64,000 nt of DNA from an uncultured Actinomycetes bacterium (lineage in GTDB: Bacteria; Actinomycetota; Coriobacteriia; Coriobacteriales; Atopobiaceae), in NCBI GenBank assembly GCA_900318935.1, contig ONMP01000003.1, forward strand, positions 18,358 to 82,357, in the 5' to 3' direction. Positions 40,270 to 49,204 of the stretch are shown here, one piece after another (positions within the stretch are counted from its first letter, which is position 1; every line of letters begins with the position of its first letter). The notes under the pieces are model-generated. The model was not told the origin of the DNA. It searched no databases and worked only from the letters and a program-made list of their open reading frames with translations. Position numbers and translations under genes: made by a program.

Positions 40270-42674
40270 GCGCGACGACGCGGCGATACCGCGTCTACGG
40301 CATCGTGCAGGGTGTGGGCTTTCGCCCCACGGTGGCTCGCCACGCCATGACGGCGCGGGTCACGGGCACGGTCGCAAACAAGGGCCCGTACGTGGAGGTG
40401 TACGCCCAAGGCACGCCCGCCGAGCTTGACAGCTTCGAGGGCTTGCTGCGCACTCAGCCACCCCGTCGTGCGGCCATCCTCAAGCTCGACGTGCGACCCG
40501 CTCCGGACGCACCGACGTTTGCGGACTTCTCCATCGTCGAAAGCGAAAAGACTGCAGGCGAGATATTCATATCCCCCGATATCGCCATCTGCGAAGACTG
40601 CAAGCGCGAGCTGTACGACCCTGCGGACCGTCGCTACCTGCACCCCTTCATCAACTGCACGTGTTGCGGTCCTCGACTGACCATCCTTGACTCGTTGCCC
40701 TACGATCGCGTGCGTACGAGCATGGCCGAGTTTCCGATGTGTCCTACCTGTGCGCATGAATACCACGATCCCGCGAGCCGGCGCTACGACGCGCAGCCCG
40801 TGTGCTGTAATGAGTGCGGGCCCGAGGCGTATCTGCTCGATCGCCCCGAACGCGGGCGTGACGCCATCACTGAGGCGCGGCGCATTATCGCGGCTGGTGG
40901 TGTTGTCGCTGTCAAGGGCATAGGTGGCTTCCATCTGTGCTGCGACGCCACGAACCCGGCGGCTGTCGGGCTGCTTCGCGAGCGCAAGCATCGCTCGGTG
41001 AAGCCCTTTGCCGTCATGGCTGCTGACCTCGATGTTGCTCGTCGCGAGTGCCATGTCAGTCCACTTGCGGAGGAGATTCTTGACGGCCATCAGAAGCCGA
41101 TCCTGCTCCTCCCGCGTCGCACCGCTTCAGGCCAAGCCCGGGAGGCCGACCCGTCAAAGGGACAGGTCAGCCTCCTCTCGACTTCGAATGGTCCCGTCCC
41201 AATGTCCCTCGTGTGTGACGCCGTTGCGCCTGGCAATCCCAAGCTCGGGATCATGCTGCCCTATGCGCCTCTGCAGCTGCTGCTCTTCTCGTATCCCGAC
41301 GGTATCGAGATGCCTGATTGCCTGGTGATGACGAGCGCTAACGAGTCCGGCGCTCCCATCTGCCGCGATGACGAAGACGCGCGGCGTGAGCTGGCTCCGC
41401 TAGCCGATGCGATTCTCTCGCACGACCGCTTGATTCGCGTGCGTGCCGACGACACCGTCATGGATCTCTTTGAAGAGAAGCCCTACATGGTGCGTCGTTC
41501 GCGGGGCTGGGCGCCTCTGCCCTTCGTGCTGGGCAAACGACTCGATGCGCGCGTGCTGGCCGTGGGCGGCGAACTCAAGAACGCGTTTTGCGTGGGTGTG
41601 GGCGACCTGCTCTATCCGTCCCCTTATGTCGGCGACTTGGCTGATGTGCGGACGGTGGACGCCCTGCGCGAGACGATTGCCCGCTTCCTCGCGCTGCTCG
41701 AGACGACGCCCGAGGTCGTGGCCTGTGACCTGCATCCGGGCTACAACTCCACTGTGGTTGCGCGCGTACTGGCCGACGAGCTGGACGTGCCGCTCGTGCA
41801 GGTCCAGCACCACTATGCACACGTCGCTGCGTGCATGGCTGAGAACGATGTCGAGGGTCCGGTGATTGGCGTGTCCTTCGATGGAACGGGCTACGGCGAA
41901 GACGGCACCGTGTGGGGTGGCGAGATTATGCTGGCCGACGCGCGAGGTTATGAGCGGCTGGACCACATCGCGCCTTTCCCGCAGGCGGGTGGCGACCTTG
42001 CCGCGCGGGAGGGCTGGCGTGTGGCGGTAGGCATGCTCGGCGCGTTTGTTGGCGACGGTGCGCAAGGGAACACCCAGTGCTGCCACGACCCCGCCGCTTT
42101 GGCTGAACAACTCGGCCTTTGCGCCGCAGCCGAGGCGCGCGTGGTTCTTGCGATGATCGATCGGGGCATCAACACGGTGACTTCCACGAGCGCGGGGCGT
42201 CTCTTTGATGCCGTGAGCGCTGTGCTGGGCATCCGACGGGTCTCGACCTTCGAGGGAGAGGCCGCCATCCAGCTGCAGTTTGCCGCCGAGTGCGGACGCA
42301 CGCCCGAGTTGACGCTTCCCGATTTCTCGCAGACCGACGAGCTGTTCCGCTGGATCGTCGAGCGCCGCCTCGCGGGCGACGATCCTGACCTGCTGGCCTA
42401 TGCCTTTCACGTGGGTTTGGCGTCGTTCGTCGAGGCGCGGTGCATAGCGGCTCGCGAACAAACCGGCGTCAACGTGGTGGCGCTCACAGGCGGCTGCTAT
42501 CAGAACTTGCTGCTGCTCGAACTCTCAGTTGAGCGGCTCAGGCGGCGTGGCTTCAATGTCCTCACCCACAGCCTGTTACCTCCCAATGATGGAGGCATAG
42601 CGGTGGGTCAGGCCCTCGTTGCCGCAAGAAGACGAGGCATCCAAAGAACGTCATTGTTCGAATCGACTGAATAG
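40266..42674 (+). CDS. hypF: Carbamoyltransferase HypF
   Basis: ATGA overlap with the upstream gene. It has an acylphosphatase-like N-terminus (YGIVQGVGFRP) and two CxxC-x18-CxxC zinc fingers. YrdC-like (VKGIGGFHLCCDA) and Kae1-like domains follow. Confidence 0.92.
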   Translation: MSATTRRYRVYGIVQGVGFRPTVARHAMTARVTGTVANKGPYVEVYAQGTPAELDSFEGLLRTQPPRRAAILKLDVRPAPDAPTFADFSIVESEKTAGEIFISPDIAICEDCKRELYDPADRRYLHPFINCTCCGPRLTILDSLPYDRVRTSMAEFPMCPTCAHEYHDPASRRYDAQPVCCNECGPEAYLLDRPERGRDAITEARRIIAAGGVVAVKGIGGFHLCCDATNPAAVGLLRERKHRSVKPFAVMAADLDVARRECHVSPLAEEILDGHQKPILLLPRRTASGQAREADPSKGQVSLLSTSNGPVPMSLVCDAVAPGNPKLGIMLPYAPLQLLLFSYPDGIEMPDCLVMTSANESGAPICRDDEDARRELAPLADAILSHDRLIRVRADDTVMDLFEEKPYMVRRSRGWAPLPFVLGKRLDARVLAVGGELKNAFCVGVGDLLYPSPYVGDLADVRTVDALRETIARFLALLETTPEVVACDLHPGYNSTVVARVLADELDVPLVQVQHHYAHVAACMAENDVEGPVIGVSFDGTGYGEDGTVWGGEIMLADARGYERLDHIAPFPQAGGDLAAREGWRVAVGMLGAFVGDGAQGNTQCCHDPAALAEQLGLCAAAEARVVLAMIDRGINTVTSTSAGRLFDAVSAVLGIRRVSTFEGEAAIQLQFAAECGRTPELTLPDFSQTDELFRWIVERRLAGDDPDLLAYAFHVGLASFVEARCIAAREQTGVNVVALTGGCYQNLLLLELSVERLRRRGFNVLTHSLLPPNDGGIAVGQALVAARRRGIQRTSLFESTE

Positions 42675-42684
42675 GAGATACATC

Positions 42685-42897
42685 ATGTGTGTGGGACTTT
42701 CGGCAAAGGTGGTGCGCATCCAAGACGGTACGGCCATCGTAGACGCTTCTGGTGCGCGACGCGACGTGTCGGTGGCGCTGCTCGACGAGGTTGAGCCCGG
42801 TGATTACGTCATGGTTCATGCGGGCATCGCCATCGCAAAGATTACCGACGAAGACGAGCACGAGACGGACGAGCTACTGGAGGCGTTGTACGCATGA
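42685..42897 (+). CDS. hypC: HypC/HybG/HupF-family chaperone
   Basis: SD aggaga. It has the canonical N-terminal MC(V)G and is 70 aa long. Confidence 0.85.
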   Translation: MCVGLSAKVVRIQDGTAIVDASGARRDVSVALLDEVEPGDYVMVHAGIAIAKITDEDEHETDELLEALYA

Positions 42898-43946
42898 GCG
42901 GACAAGAACGGCAGACGGCTGCGCAGATTCTTGCGGCCTACGATGGGCCGCCGCTGCGCATTATGGAAGTCTGCGGCACCCATACTCATGAGATATTCCG
43001 TCTCGGCATTCGCAAGCTGCTGCCGTCCCAGGTGGAACTCATCAGTGGGCCGGGATGTCCGGTGTGCGTGACACCAGTCGGTTTTATCGACGAGGCAATC
43101 TGGCTGGCCGAACACGGGGTGACCATTACGACCTTCGGTGACCTTGTGCGCGTGCCGGGGACGAGCGGGAGCTTGGCCTCTGCGCGTGCGGCTGGCGCCC
43201 GCGTGCAGGTGGTCTACTCGCCGCTTGATGCCGTGGCTTATGCGCGCGAGCACGAGGGCGAACAGGTGGCGTTTCTTTCTGTGGGCTTCGAGACTACCGT
43301 CCCGGCCGCATGCCTGGCTGCAGAGCAGGCCGTTGCCGAAGGGCTGTCCAACTTCTCGCTACTCACCGCAAACAAAACCATGCCCAACGCATACGCGGCG
43401 CTGCGCGACTCGGCTGATGTCTTCCTGTATCCCGGCCACGTCCACGCCATTATCGGCACACAGCTCTGTGAGGATCTCGCACAGCAGGGCGTGAGCGGCG
43501 TGTTGGCGGGATTCACGGCAAAAGAGCTGGTCACGGCACTCGCGGTGGCGGTGCGCAAAGCTGGCGAGGGTGAGCCGTTCTTCGTGAATGCCTATCCTCG
43601 CGTGGTCCGTCCCGAAGGAACGCCCGTCGCTGTTGCGCTCATAAACAAGCTCATGGAGCCCTGCGACACCGAATGGCGTGGCTTGGGCGTTATCCCCCAG
43701 TCTGGCCTGCGTCTGCGTGATGAGTATGCGGCTGTGGACGCGCGCCGGGTCCATGGCATGCCGCACATCGAGGGGCGTGCGAATCCGGCGTGTCGTTGCG
43801 GCGAGGTGTTGCGAGGCGCGTGCAAGCCGAGTGATTGCCCGCTCTTTGGGCGTGGTTGTACGCCCCAGCATCCTGTCGGTGCGTGCATGGTCTCGGGCGA
43901 GGGGTCTTGTTCGGCCTATTATCAATACGGAGGTGACCTGCTGTGA
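42894..43946 (+). CDS. hypD: Hydrogenase maturation factor HypD
   Basis: ATGA overlap with hypC. It has MEVCGTHTHEI and GPGCPVCVTP. The C-terminal Cys cluster is CPLFGRGCTPQHPVGACMVSGEGSC. Confidence 0.92.
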   Translation: MSGQERQTAAQILAAYDGPPLRIMEVCGTHTHEIFRLGIRKLLPSQVELISGPGCPVCVTPVGFIDEAIWLAEHGVTITTFGDLVRVPGTSGSLASARAAGARVQVVYSPLDAVAYAREHEGEQVAFLSVGFETTVPAACLAAEQAVAEGLSNFSLLTANKTMPNAYAALRDSADVFLYPGHVHAIIGTQLCEDLAQQGVSGVLAGFTAKELVTALAVAVRKAGEGEPFFVNAYPRVVRPEGTPVAVALINKLMEPCDTEWRGLGVIPQSGLRLRDEYAAVDARRVHGMPHIEGRANPACRCGEVLRGACKPSDCPLFGRGCTPQHPVGACMVSGEGSCSAYYQYGGDLL

Positions 43947-44959
43947 GTGCGATGGAAGCAGGAAAGGTGACGCTGGCGATGGGTGCTGGCGGCAAACAAA
44001 CGTCGGAGCTTATCGAGCGCGTGTTTGCGCGGCGGTTTGCGAGTCCGCTGCTCACTGCCGACGATGCGGCAGTACTCGAGCCCCCGCGTGGCAAGATGGC
44101 CATGTCTACGGACGGCTTCATCGTCTCGCCGTCGTTCTTTGCGGGCGGCAACATCGGCAAGCTTTCGATTTGTGGCACGGTCAACGATCTCGCTTGCATG
44201 GGTGCCCGTCCGCTCTATCTGACCTGCGGCTTCGTGATCGAAGAGGGCTATCCACTTGACAAACTCGAGCAGATTGCCGATGCGATGGCCGCGACAGCTG
44301 CCGAGGTGGGTGTGACGCTCGTGGCGGGCGATACCAAGGTCGCAGGCCGCGGGCAGGTGGACGGCGTGTTCATAACCACGACAGGCGTGGGCGAGGTCAT
44401 GGAAGGCGCATCTCCCGAAGGAAGCAAGGCGGCTCCTGGTGACACGATTATCGTAACGGGCGATGTGGGGCGGCATGGTTGCACGATATTGCTCGAGCGT
44501 GACGACTTCGGCATCGAGGCGGACGTGACCTCAGACTGTGCACCGTTGTGGGCAAGCGTGGAGGCCATGCTTGAAGTGACGCGTGACGTGCACGTGATTC
44601 GTGATGCGACGCGTGGCGGTGTGGGGACGGTGCTCTACGAGATTGCTGGTCAGAGCGATGTGGGCGTGGAGCTCGATGCGGCATCGATTCCGGTGGACCC
44701 TGCAGTCGGTGGCGTGTGTCGGATGCTTGGGCTGGAGCCGCTCTACCTTGCGTGCGAGGGTCGGCTTGTGGTCATCGCGCCACAAGAACATGCATCGGAG
44801 CTGGTTGAGGCGCTGCGGTCATGTCCGTATTCGGGTGGTGCTGCCATCATCGGGCGCGTGACGGCCGATCGTCCTGGTTGGGTGGTGCTCAATACCGAGG
44901 TTGGCACGCAGACGCTTCTGCCCCAGCCGACCGGCGAGCTGCTTCCGCGCATCTGCTAA
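43943..44959 (+). CDS. hypE: Hydrogenase maturation factor HypE
   Basis: GTGA overlap with hypD; an alternative ATG exists at 43952. It has an AIR-synthase-like fold motif (GTVNDLACMGARP) and the C-terminal PRIC motif. Confidence 0.9.
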   Translation: MSAMEAGKVTLAMGAGGKQTSELIERVFARRFASPLLTADDAAVLEPPRGKMAMSTDGFIVSPSFFAGGNIGKLSICGTVNDLACMGARPLYLTCGFVIEEGYPLDKLEQIADAMAATAAEVGVTLVAGDTKVAGRGQVDGVFITTTGVGEVMEGASPEGSKAAPGDTIIVTGDVGRHGCTILLERDDFGIEADVTSDCAPLWASVEAMLEVTRDVHVIRDATRGGVGTVLYEIAGQSDVGVELDAASIPVDPAVGGVCRMLGLEPLYLACEGRLVVIAPQEHASELVEALRSCPYSGGAAIIGRVTADRPGWVVLNTEVGTQTLLPQPTGELLPRIC

Positions 44960-45167
44960 GAGCCTTGGGGACGAGGTGCTGAGGCCGTAGTATAGGTTGC
45001 TGGGAGATGCCAAGGGTGCCACCTCTAGTGCTGCCCTTGGCTCCGTAACGTTAGGTTAGCACCCTTCCAGGCTTGGGACCCAAACCTGCGTCCGTCTAGC
45101 TGTGATACGGCGGGTTGCGATTCCTCAGCCAGCCATTGCTCTACTCACGTCCAAGAGGGGAGGACTT

Positions 45168-46670
45168 ATGCTCAAGCGACTTGGTCCATCGGTGACAACG
45201 ACGGGTGAGGCTACTTCGGTGGCTCTCTTTCCTTCCAAGTTGGAGTTTAACCCACCCGCCCACGGTGTATGGAATATCGTCCATGTGGGCATGCTTGTGC
45301 CGGAAGCGCACCAAATATACGTGTGTGCCGTCAACTGCATGCGTGGTGTGGTGCTCACGGCGTCCGAAATGGGTGCGTCTGAGCGATTCTCGTGCGTGGT
45401 CCTCAAGGAGTCAGACATCGTACGCGGCACCGTTGAGCAGGTGACGCTTGAGGGTATTGCCGACGTACTGCACAAGCTCGAGGCTCGTGAGGCGTTGCCG
45501 CCTTGTGTTATCGTGTTTCCGGTATGTACGCATCACTTCCTTGGCGTGAGCATGGCACGCGTGTATCGCGAGCTGCGGCATGAGTTCCCCGGTGTGGACT
45601 TCGTCGAGGCTTACATGGATCCCATCATGAAGCGGCGCCTGAGCCCCGACGCTCGTCTGCGCAAAGCGATGTTTGACCCGTTGGAGCCATGCGAGGCCGA
45701 CAATCGCCTTGTTGCTTTGCTGGGGGGCGACTTTGCGATTGATGCAGATTGTGAGTTGCGCGGCGTGCTCAGGGAGTGCGGCTATAGCGTTGCTGAGGTC
45801 CAGGACTGCAAAACCTACGCCGAGTTCAAGGGTCTTGCCCGAGCTGTAACGCTGATCTGCACGTATCCAGGTGCGCAATACGGGGTTGAGAAGCTTGCGC
45901 GGCGTTTGGGGCGTCGTTACCTCTACTTGCCATCAAGCTTCGACTACGAAGAGATAGCTCGCCAGTACGTCATGCTGCGCGATATGCTTGGTGGTGACGA
46001 TTTGCCCATCGACGTGCCGTTTTCCAATGTAGCCAGCCCAACCACAAGCGTCACCAGCCCAAACGTGAGCGCGGACGCATCAGGGTCCCCCATGCCGTGT
46101 ACCGTGCGTCAGGGTTCCTGCGGGGAAGTCTCATGTTCTTGCATGTCGGTTCACCGCATCAGTGCTGCTGATTCGCAAACCGACGTTTTTGATAAGTCTG
46201 CAGAGGTGGCTCGCTGTGAGGAGGAGCTTGCCAAAACCTTTGACGCTGTCGGGGATGCTCCCATAGCCATTGATGCCTCGGCGCACCCTCGTCCTCTTGG
46301 TCTGGCCCGACTGTTGGTGGAGCACGGATTCAACGTGCGGGAGGTCTACCTTGACGCTGTGACCGATGAGGATGCACCTGCCTTGACTTGGTTGCAGACT
46401 CATGCGCCTGAAGTGCAGCTCTCGTCCATCGTGTTGCCCGAGCTGCGCATTGCCTCGCGTGAGCGCCCTGAGCGGACGCTCGCTATTGGCCAAAAAGCAG
46501 CATGGTTTTGCGGCACGCAGCATTTTGTAAACATAGTCGAAGGTGCGGGACTATGGGGTTATGCGGGCATACGTGCCATGGCGAGGTTGATGCGTGAGGC
46601 ATGGGCAACTCCGAAGGATGCGCGCGACCTTGTGCCGCGCAAAGGACTCGGTTGTGCGAGCTGTTTCTAG
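45168..46670 (+). CDS. Third nitrogenase component-1-type (Oxidored_nitro-like) protein with a Cys/Ser-rich insertion
   Basis: SD gaggggagga. It has IYVCAVNCMRGVVL and VFPVCTHHFLGV. The insertion reads SPTTSVTSPNVSADASGSPMPCTVRQGSCGEVSCSCMS. Same strand as hypE, 208 nt downstream of it. Confidence 0.6.
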   Translation: MLKRLGPSVTTTGEATSVALFPSKLEFNPPAHGVWNIVHVGMLVPEAHQIYVCAVNCMRGVVLTASEMGASERFSCVVLKESDIVRGTVEQVTLEGIADVLHKLEAREALPPCVIVFPVCTHHFLGVSMARVYRELRHEFPGVDFVEAYMDPIMKRRLSPDARLRKAMFDPLEPCEADNRLVALLGGDFAIDADCELRGVLRECGYSVAEVQDCKTYAEFKGLARAVTLICTYPGAQYGVEKLARRLGRRYLYLPSSFDYEEIARQYVMLRDMLGGDDLPIDVPFSNVASPTTSVTSPNVSADASGSPMPCTVRQGSCGEVSCSCMSVHRISAADSQTDVFDKSAEVARCEEELAKTFDAVGDAPIAIDASAHPRPLGLARLLVEHGFNVREVYLDAVTDEDAPALTWLQTHAPEVQLSSIVLPELRIASRERPERTLAIGQKAAWFCGTQHFVNIVEGAGLWGYAGIRAMARLMREAWATPKDARDLVPRKGLGCASCF

Positions 46671-46902
46671 CCGGGCGGCCGACTCAATAGTCCTTTGTGG
46701 GTCCTTGAGGCCGATTTCTCTCAAGGTAATACAGTAAAGATATGGGCATTCTGAAAGATGGTTCCCTAAACAGCCTGGGGACGCGTCTAGTAGCGGCTCT
46801 GGGATGCTCCATGCGGGGTACGCATTTTGCTCGTGACAAGTCACATCAAAATTAGTGTACCTTTGCGACTGAAAGTTTTACAAAACCCCAGTTGATGGAA
46901 AC

Positions 46903-46959
46903 TTTTCAGGTTCAAATGCGCACTGTGTATTTTACACAGTGCGCATTTGAACCTGAAAA
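46903..46959. repeat. 27-bp perfect inverted repeat with a 3-nt loop between convergent genes
   Basis: ttttcaggttcaaatgcgcactgtgta-ttt-tacacagtgcgcatttgaacctgaaaa. It is AT-rich relative to the surroundings. Confidence 0.9.
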
Positions 46960-47078
46960 ATAACTTTTATCTGGGCTTTTGCCGTCTCCACAAAACCAAA
47001 GTGTCACTAATGCATTGCATGGCTTCTCAGGGAACGTGACCATGGCATACATGGAGGCCAAACTGGTGCGCGCGGTGG

Positions 47079-48146
47079 TCACAAAACGCCGTGAGAAGCA
47101 CCTCGCGGCATGCCGCCGGGCGACAGCTCCCGTAGCAACGCATTGCGATCACGTTTTTCCTCGGTGTTGTCGAGCCGTTGTATCCATTCGGTGGTATCGA
47201 CGCCAAAAACCGTGCTGGCGCAGCCAAGCAGAAGCCGCGTAAACCGATCGAGGCTCTCGCCATCGCTCAGGTCCTCCTTGGTTGCTGGAAATATGATTTT
47301 GCCGCTTGAGGCGAGCTGGGCATTGCGCAGCTTGTCGTCCACGACCTTGCCTCTGACCTGCTCATACTTCGCGGCCAAATCTCTACGAGCTTCCTCAACA
47401 TCCTTGGCGTCAGCCGAACAGACGTGTTGCGCAGCTTTTATGAGTCCATCGAGGTCCAGGTGGTCCTCTTCACCGTCATAGTTGATGCCGAGCGGCGCAA
47501 AGGAGAATTGCAGATCTGGATAGCGAAATCTGGGAGCGCTGCCGTCCGGCAGCGAGTACATGGTCGCAAGCAGGGCCTCTGGCGGAGACACCGCGTGGTC
47601 ACATACGTATCTCAGCGCCTCCCGGGCGAGCATGACACCTCGTAATCCGGGCACCAAGGCAAGGTATCCTCGGATGTCGTCAACGCTTGTCACGGGGCTC
47701 AACTCCATGGTGACATTGCCATTCAGGGGGTCGAGCGCGTTGCGTGAAAAATGTCCGCACAGCTCATATCCCAACATCACTAGCGTGGGTAACGAGAACA
47801 CTTCGGCGAGTTGCGCGAACAGCAATTCAGGGCACACGATGCAGGTGTTGGCGTCAACACGCAGTATCGAACCATTAGGGAGTTTTCGCGTGATGATATG
47901 CGAATCGACGGTCGACAGCCGAACGCGGTCGTTGCGATTCCCGATCAGAATGTGCAGGTGTTGGGCCTGGCTGGGCTGTGGCCACCTCCATACGTTCTTT
48001 GCGAACTCACGCGCGCACCAGCGCTTGCTTGTCCATGTGGACGGCTTTGCCAATTGAGCTGTATCCAGCTCTGAAAGCTCGACACTCTCAGCGCGGAGAA
48101 TGCGTACCACATCGAGTGCCGAAAGATGGCAAAGCGTAACACCCAT
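47079..48146 (-). CDS. Hypothetical protein with a DUF559/Vsr-like endonuclease-core motif
   Basis: A 355-aa ORF with ordinary amino-acid composition. The motif FAPLGINYDGEEDHLD resembles the (I/V)E.DG..H core of DUF559 proteins. The N-terminus resembles AbiEi-type actinobacterial proteins, but weakly. Confidence 0.45.
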   Translation of the reverse strand: MGVTLCHLSALDVVRILRAESVELSELDTAQLAKPSTWTSKRWCAREFAKNVWRWPQPSQAQHLHILIGNRNDRVRLSTVDSHIITRKLPNGSILRVDANTCIVCPELLFAQLAEVFSLPTLVMLGYELCGHFSRNALDPLNGNVTMELSPVTSVDDIRGYLALVPGLRGVMLAREALRYVCDHAVSPPEALLATMYSLPDGSAPRFRYPDLQFSFAPLGINYDGEEDHLDLDGLIKAAQHVCSADAKDVEEARRDLAAKYEQVRGKVVDDKLRNAQLASSGKIIFPATKEDLSDGESLDRFTRLLLGCASTVFGVDTTEWIQRLDNTEEKRDRNALLRELSPGGMPRGASHGVL

Positions 48147-48348
48147 ATTGGCTACCTCTTTTCAGCGTGGTCCAGAGGTTGAAAAAAGGATTATACCCAT
48201 GTGAGGCGCGGGGCTTGCAGTGGGTGGAGGCTTAATTCAAGTGTCATGCTTGTATGTGCTCGCTCGTGGACAATGCTGGCTGGGCGTCGAATCGCGTCGG
48301 CAAGGGTAGGCCGAACGGATGGACCCATCGTCGTTGGATGCCTAAAGC

Positions 48349-48381
48349 GAAGCCCCTCGAATCTCGCATTCGAGGGGCTTC
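48349..48381 (-). terminator. 14-bp hairpin downstream of the 48475..48933 gene
   Basis: gaagcccctcgaat-ctcgc-attcgaggggcttc. Confidence 0.45.
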
Positions 48382-48474
48382 GAGATGATCGGTGTCACGA
48401 AGTAGTATCGAGGCCACCGATTCCCATTGCGGTACGGTGACGGGGCGAAAGGGATGCGCGGCCTAGGCTCGGGT

Positions 48475-48933
48475 TTATCTGCCAGCTTCCATCTTGATGT
48501 TGTTCGCAATCCACATCATGAGGCCTGCGAAGACCAGGGTGGCAATCACCGAGACGCTTTGGGTGGTGAACGATCCGTTGACAATGGTGGTGATAAGGCT
48601 GATTGCGGACAGAACGAGCTCGATTATGGAAATCACCCACACTGGCATAATCTTTCGGTTGTCATTGGCCGCACGGATGCCCAAAATGCCCATGATCAGT
48701 TCGACTATGCCCTCGCAGATGATTACGAGACCAGCCCCGCTTGCAAGGAGTCCTGCTTCGCCTTGGGTGATGCCACTCCCTTCGAGTACGGATGCGGCTT
48801 CTGCAGAGTCAGCTGCCCCAAAGGCCGCGCCGCCAACCATGAGTATGAGACCGCCTGCCAAGACGATCACGGCAGAGATGATGCTAAGGATGGAAAGCAC
48901 CAAGAGTACTTTTTGGCTTCTGCTGCGTTGCAT
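48475..48933 (-). CDS. Small four-TM membrane protein, unknown function
   Basis: Four hydrophobic helices with coding-like composition. Confidence 0.6.
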   Translation of the reverse strand: MQRSRSQKVLLVLSILSIISAVIVLAGGLILMVGGAAFGAADSAEAASVLEGSGITQGEAGLLASGAGLVIICEGIVELIMGILGIRAANDNRKIMPVWVISIIELVLSAISLITTIVNGSFTTQSVSVIATLVFAGLMMWIANNIKMEAGR

Positions 48934-49204
48934 TTCTGGTTTCCTTTCTGACGATACTTACTATATATACTATACATAGAATCTTCTTTCATTATACCCA
49001 CGTATGGCAAAGTTAGCCCTTTTTCCTCGAATAAAAATGACGCGCCTGCAAAGCAAATTGCGTGCCCAAATTTGAGTGCGTGTCCGACGTTTTAAGTTTA
49101 CTGATAGTGTTGTTTCACTCCCGTGCAGTCGTTTCCGGCACTGAGAATCTGGCCTCCCGAGGGGTAAATCAAGGGATGTACGCCAACAAGAGAAAGGCAA
49201 AAAC

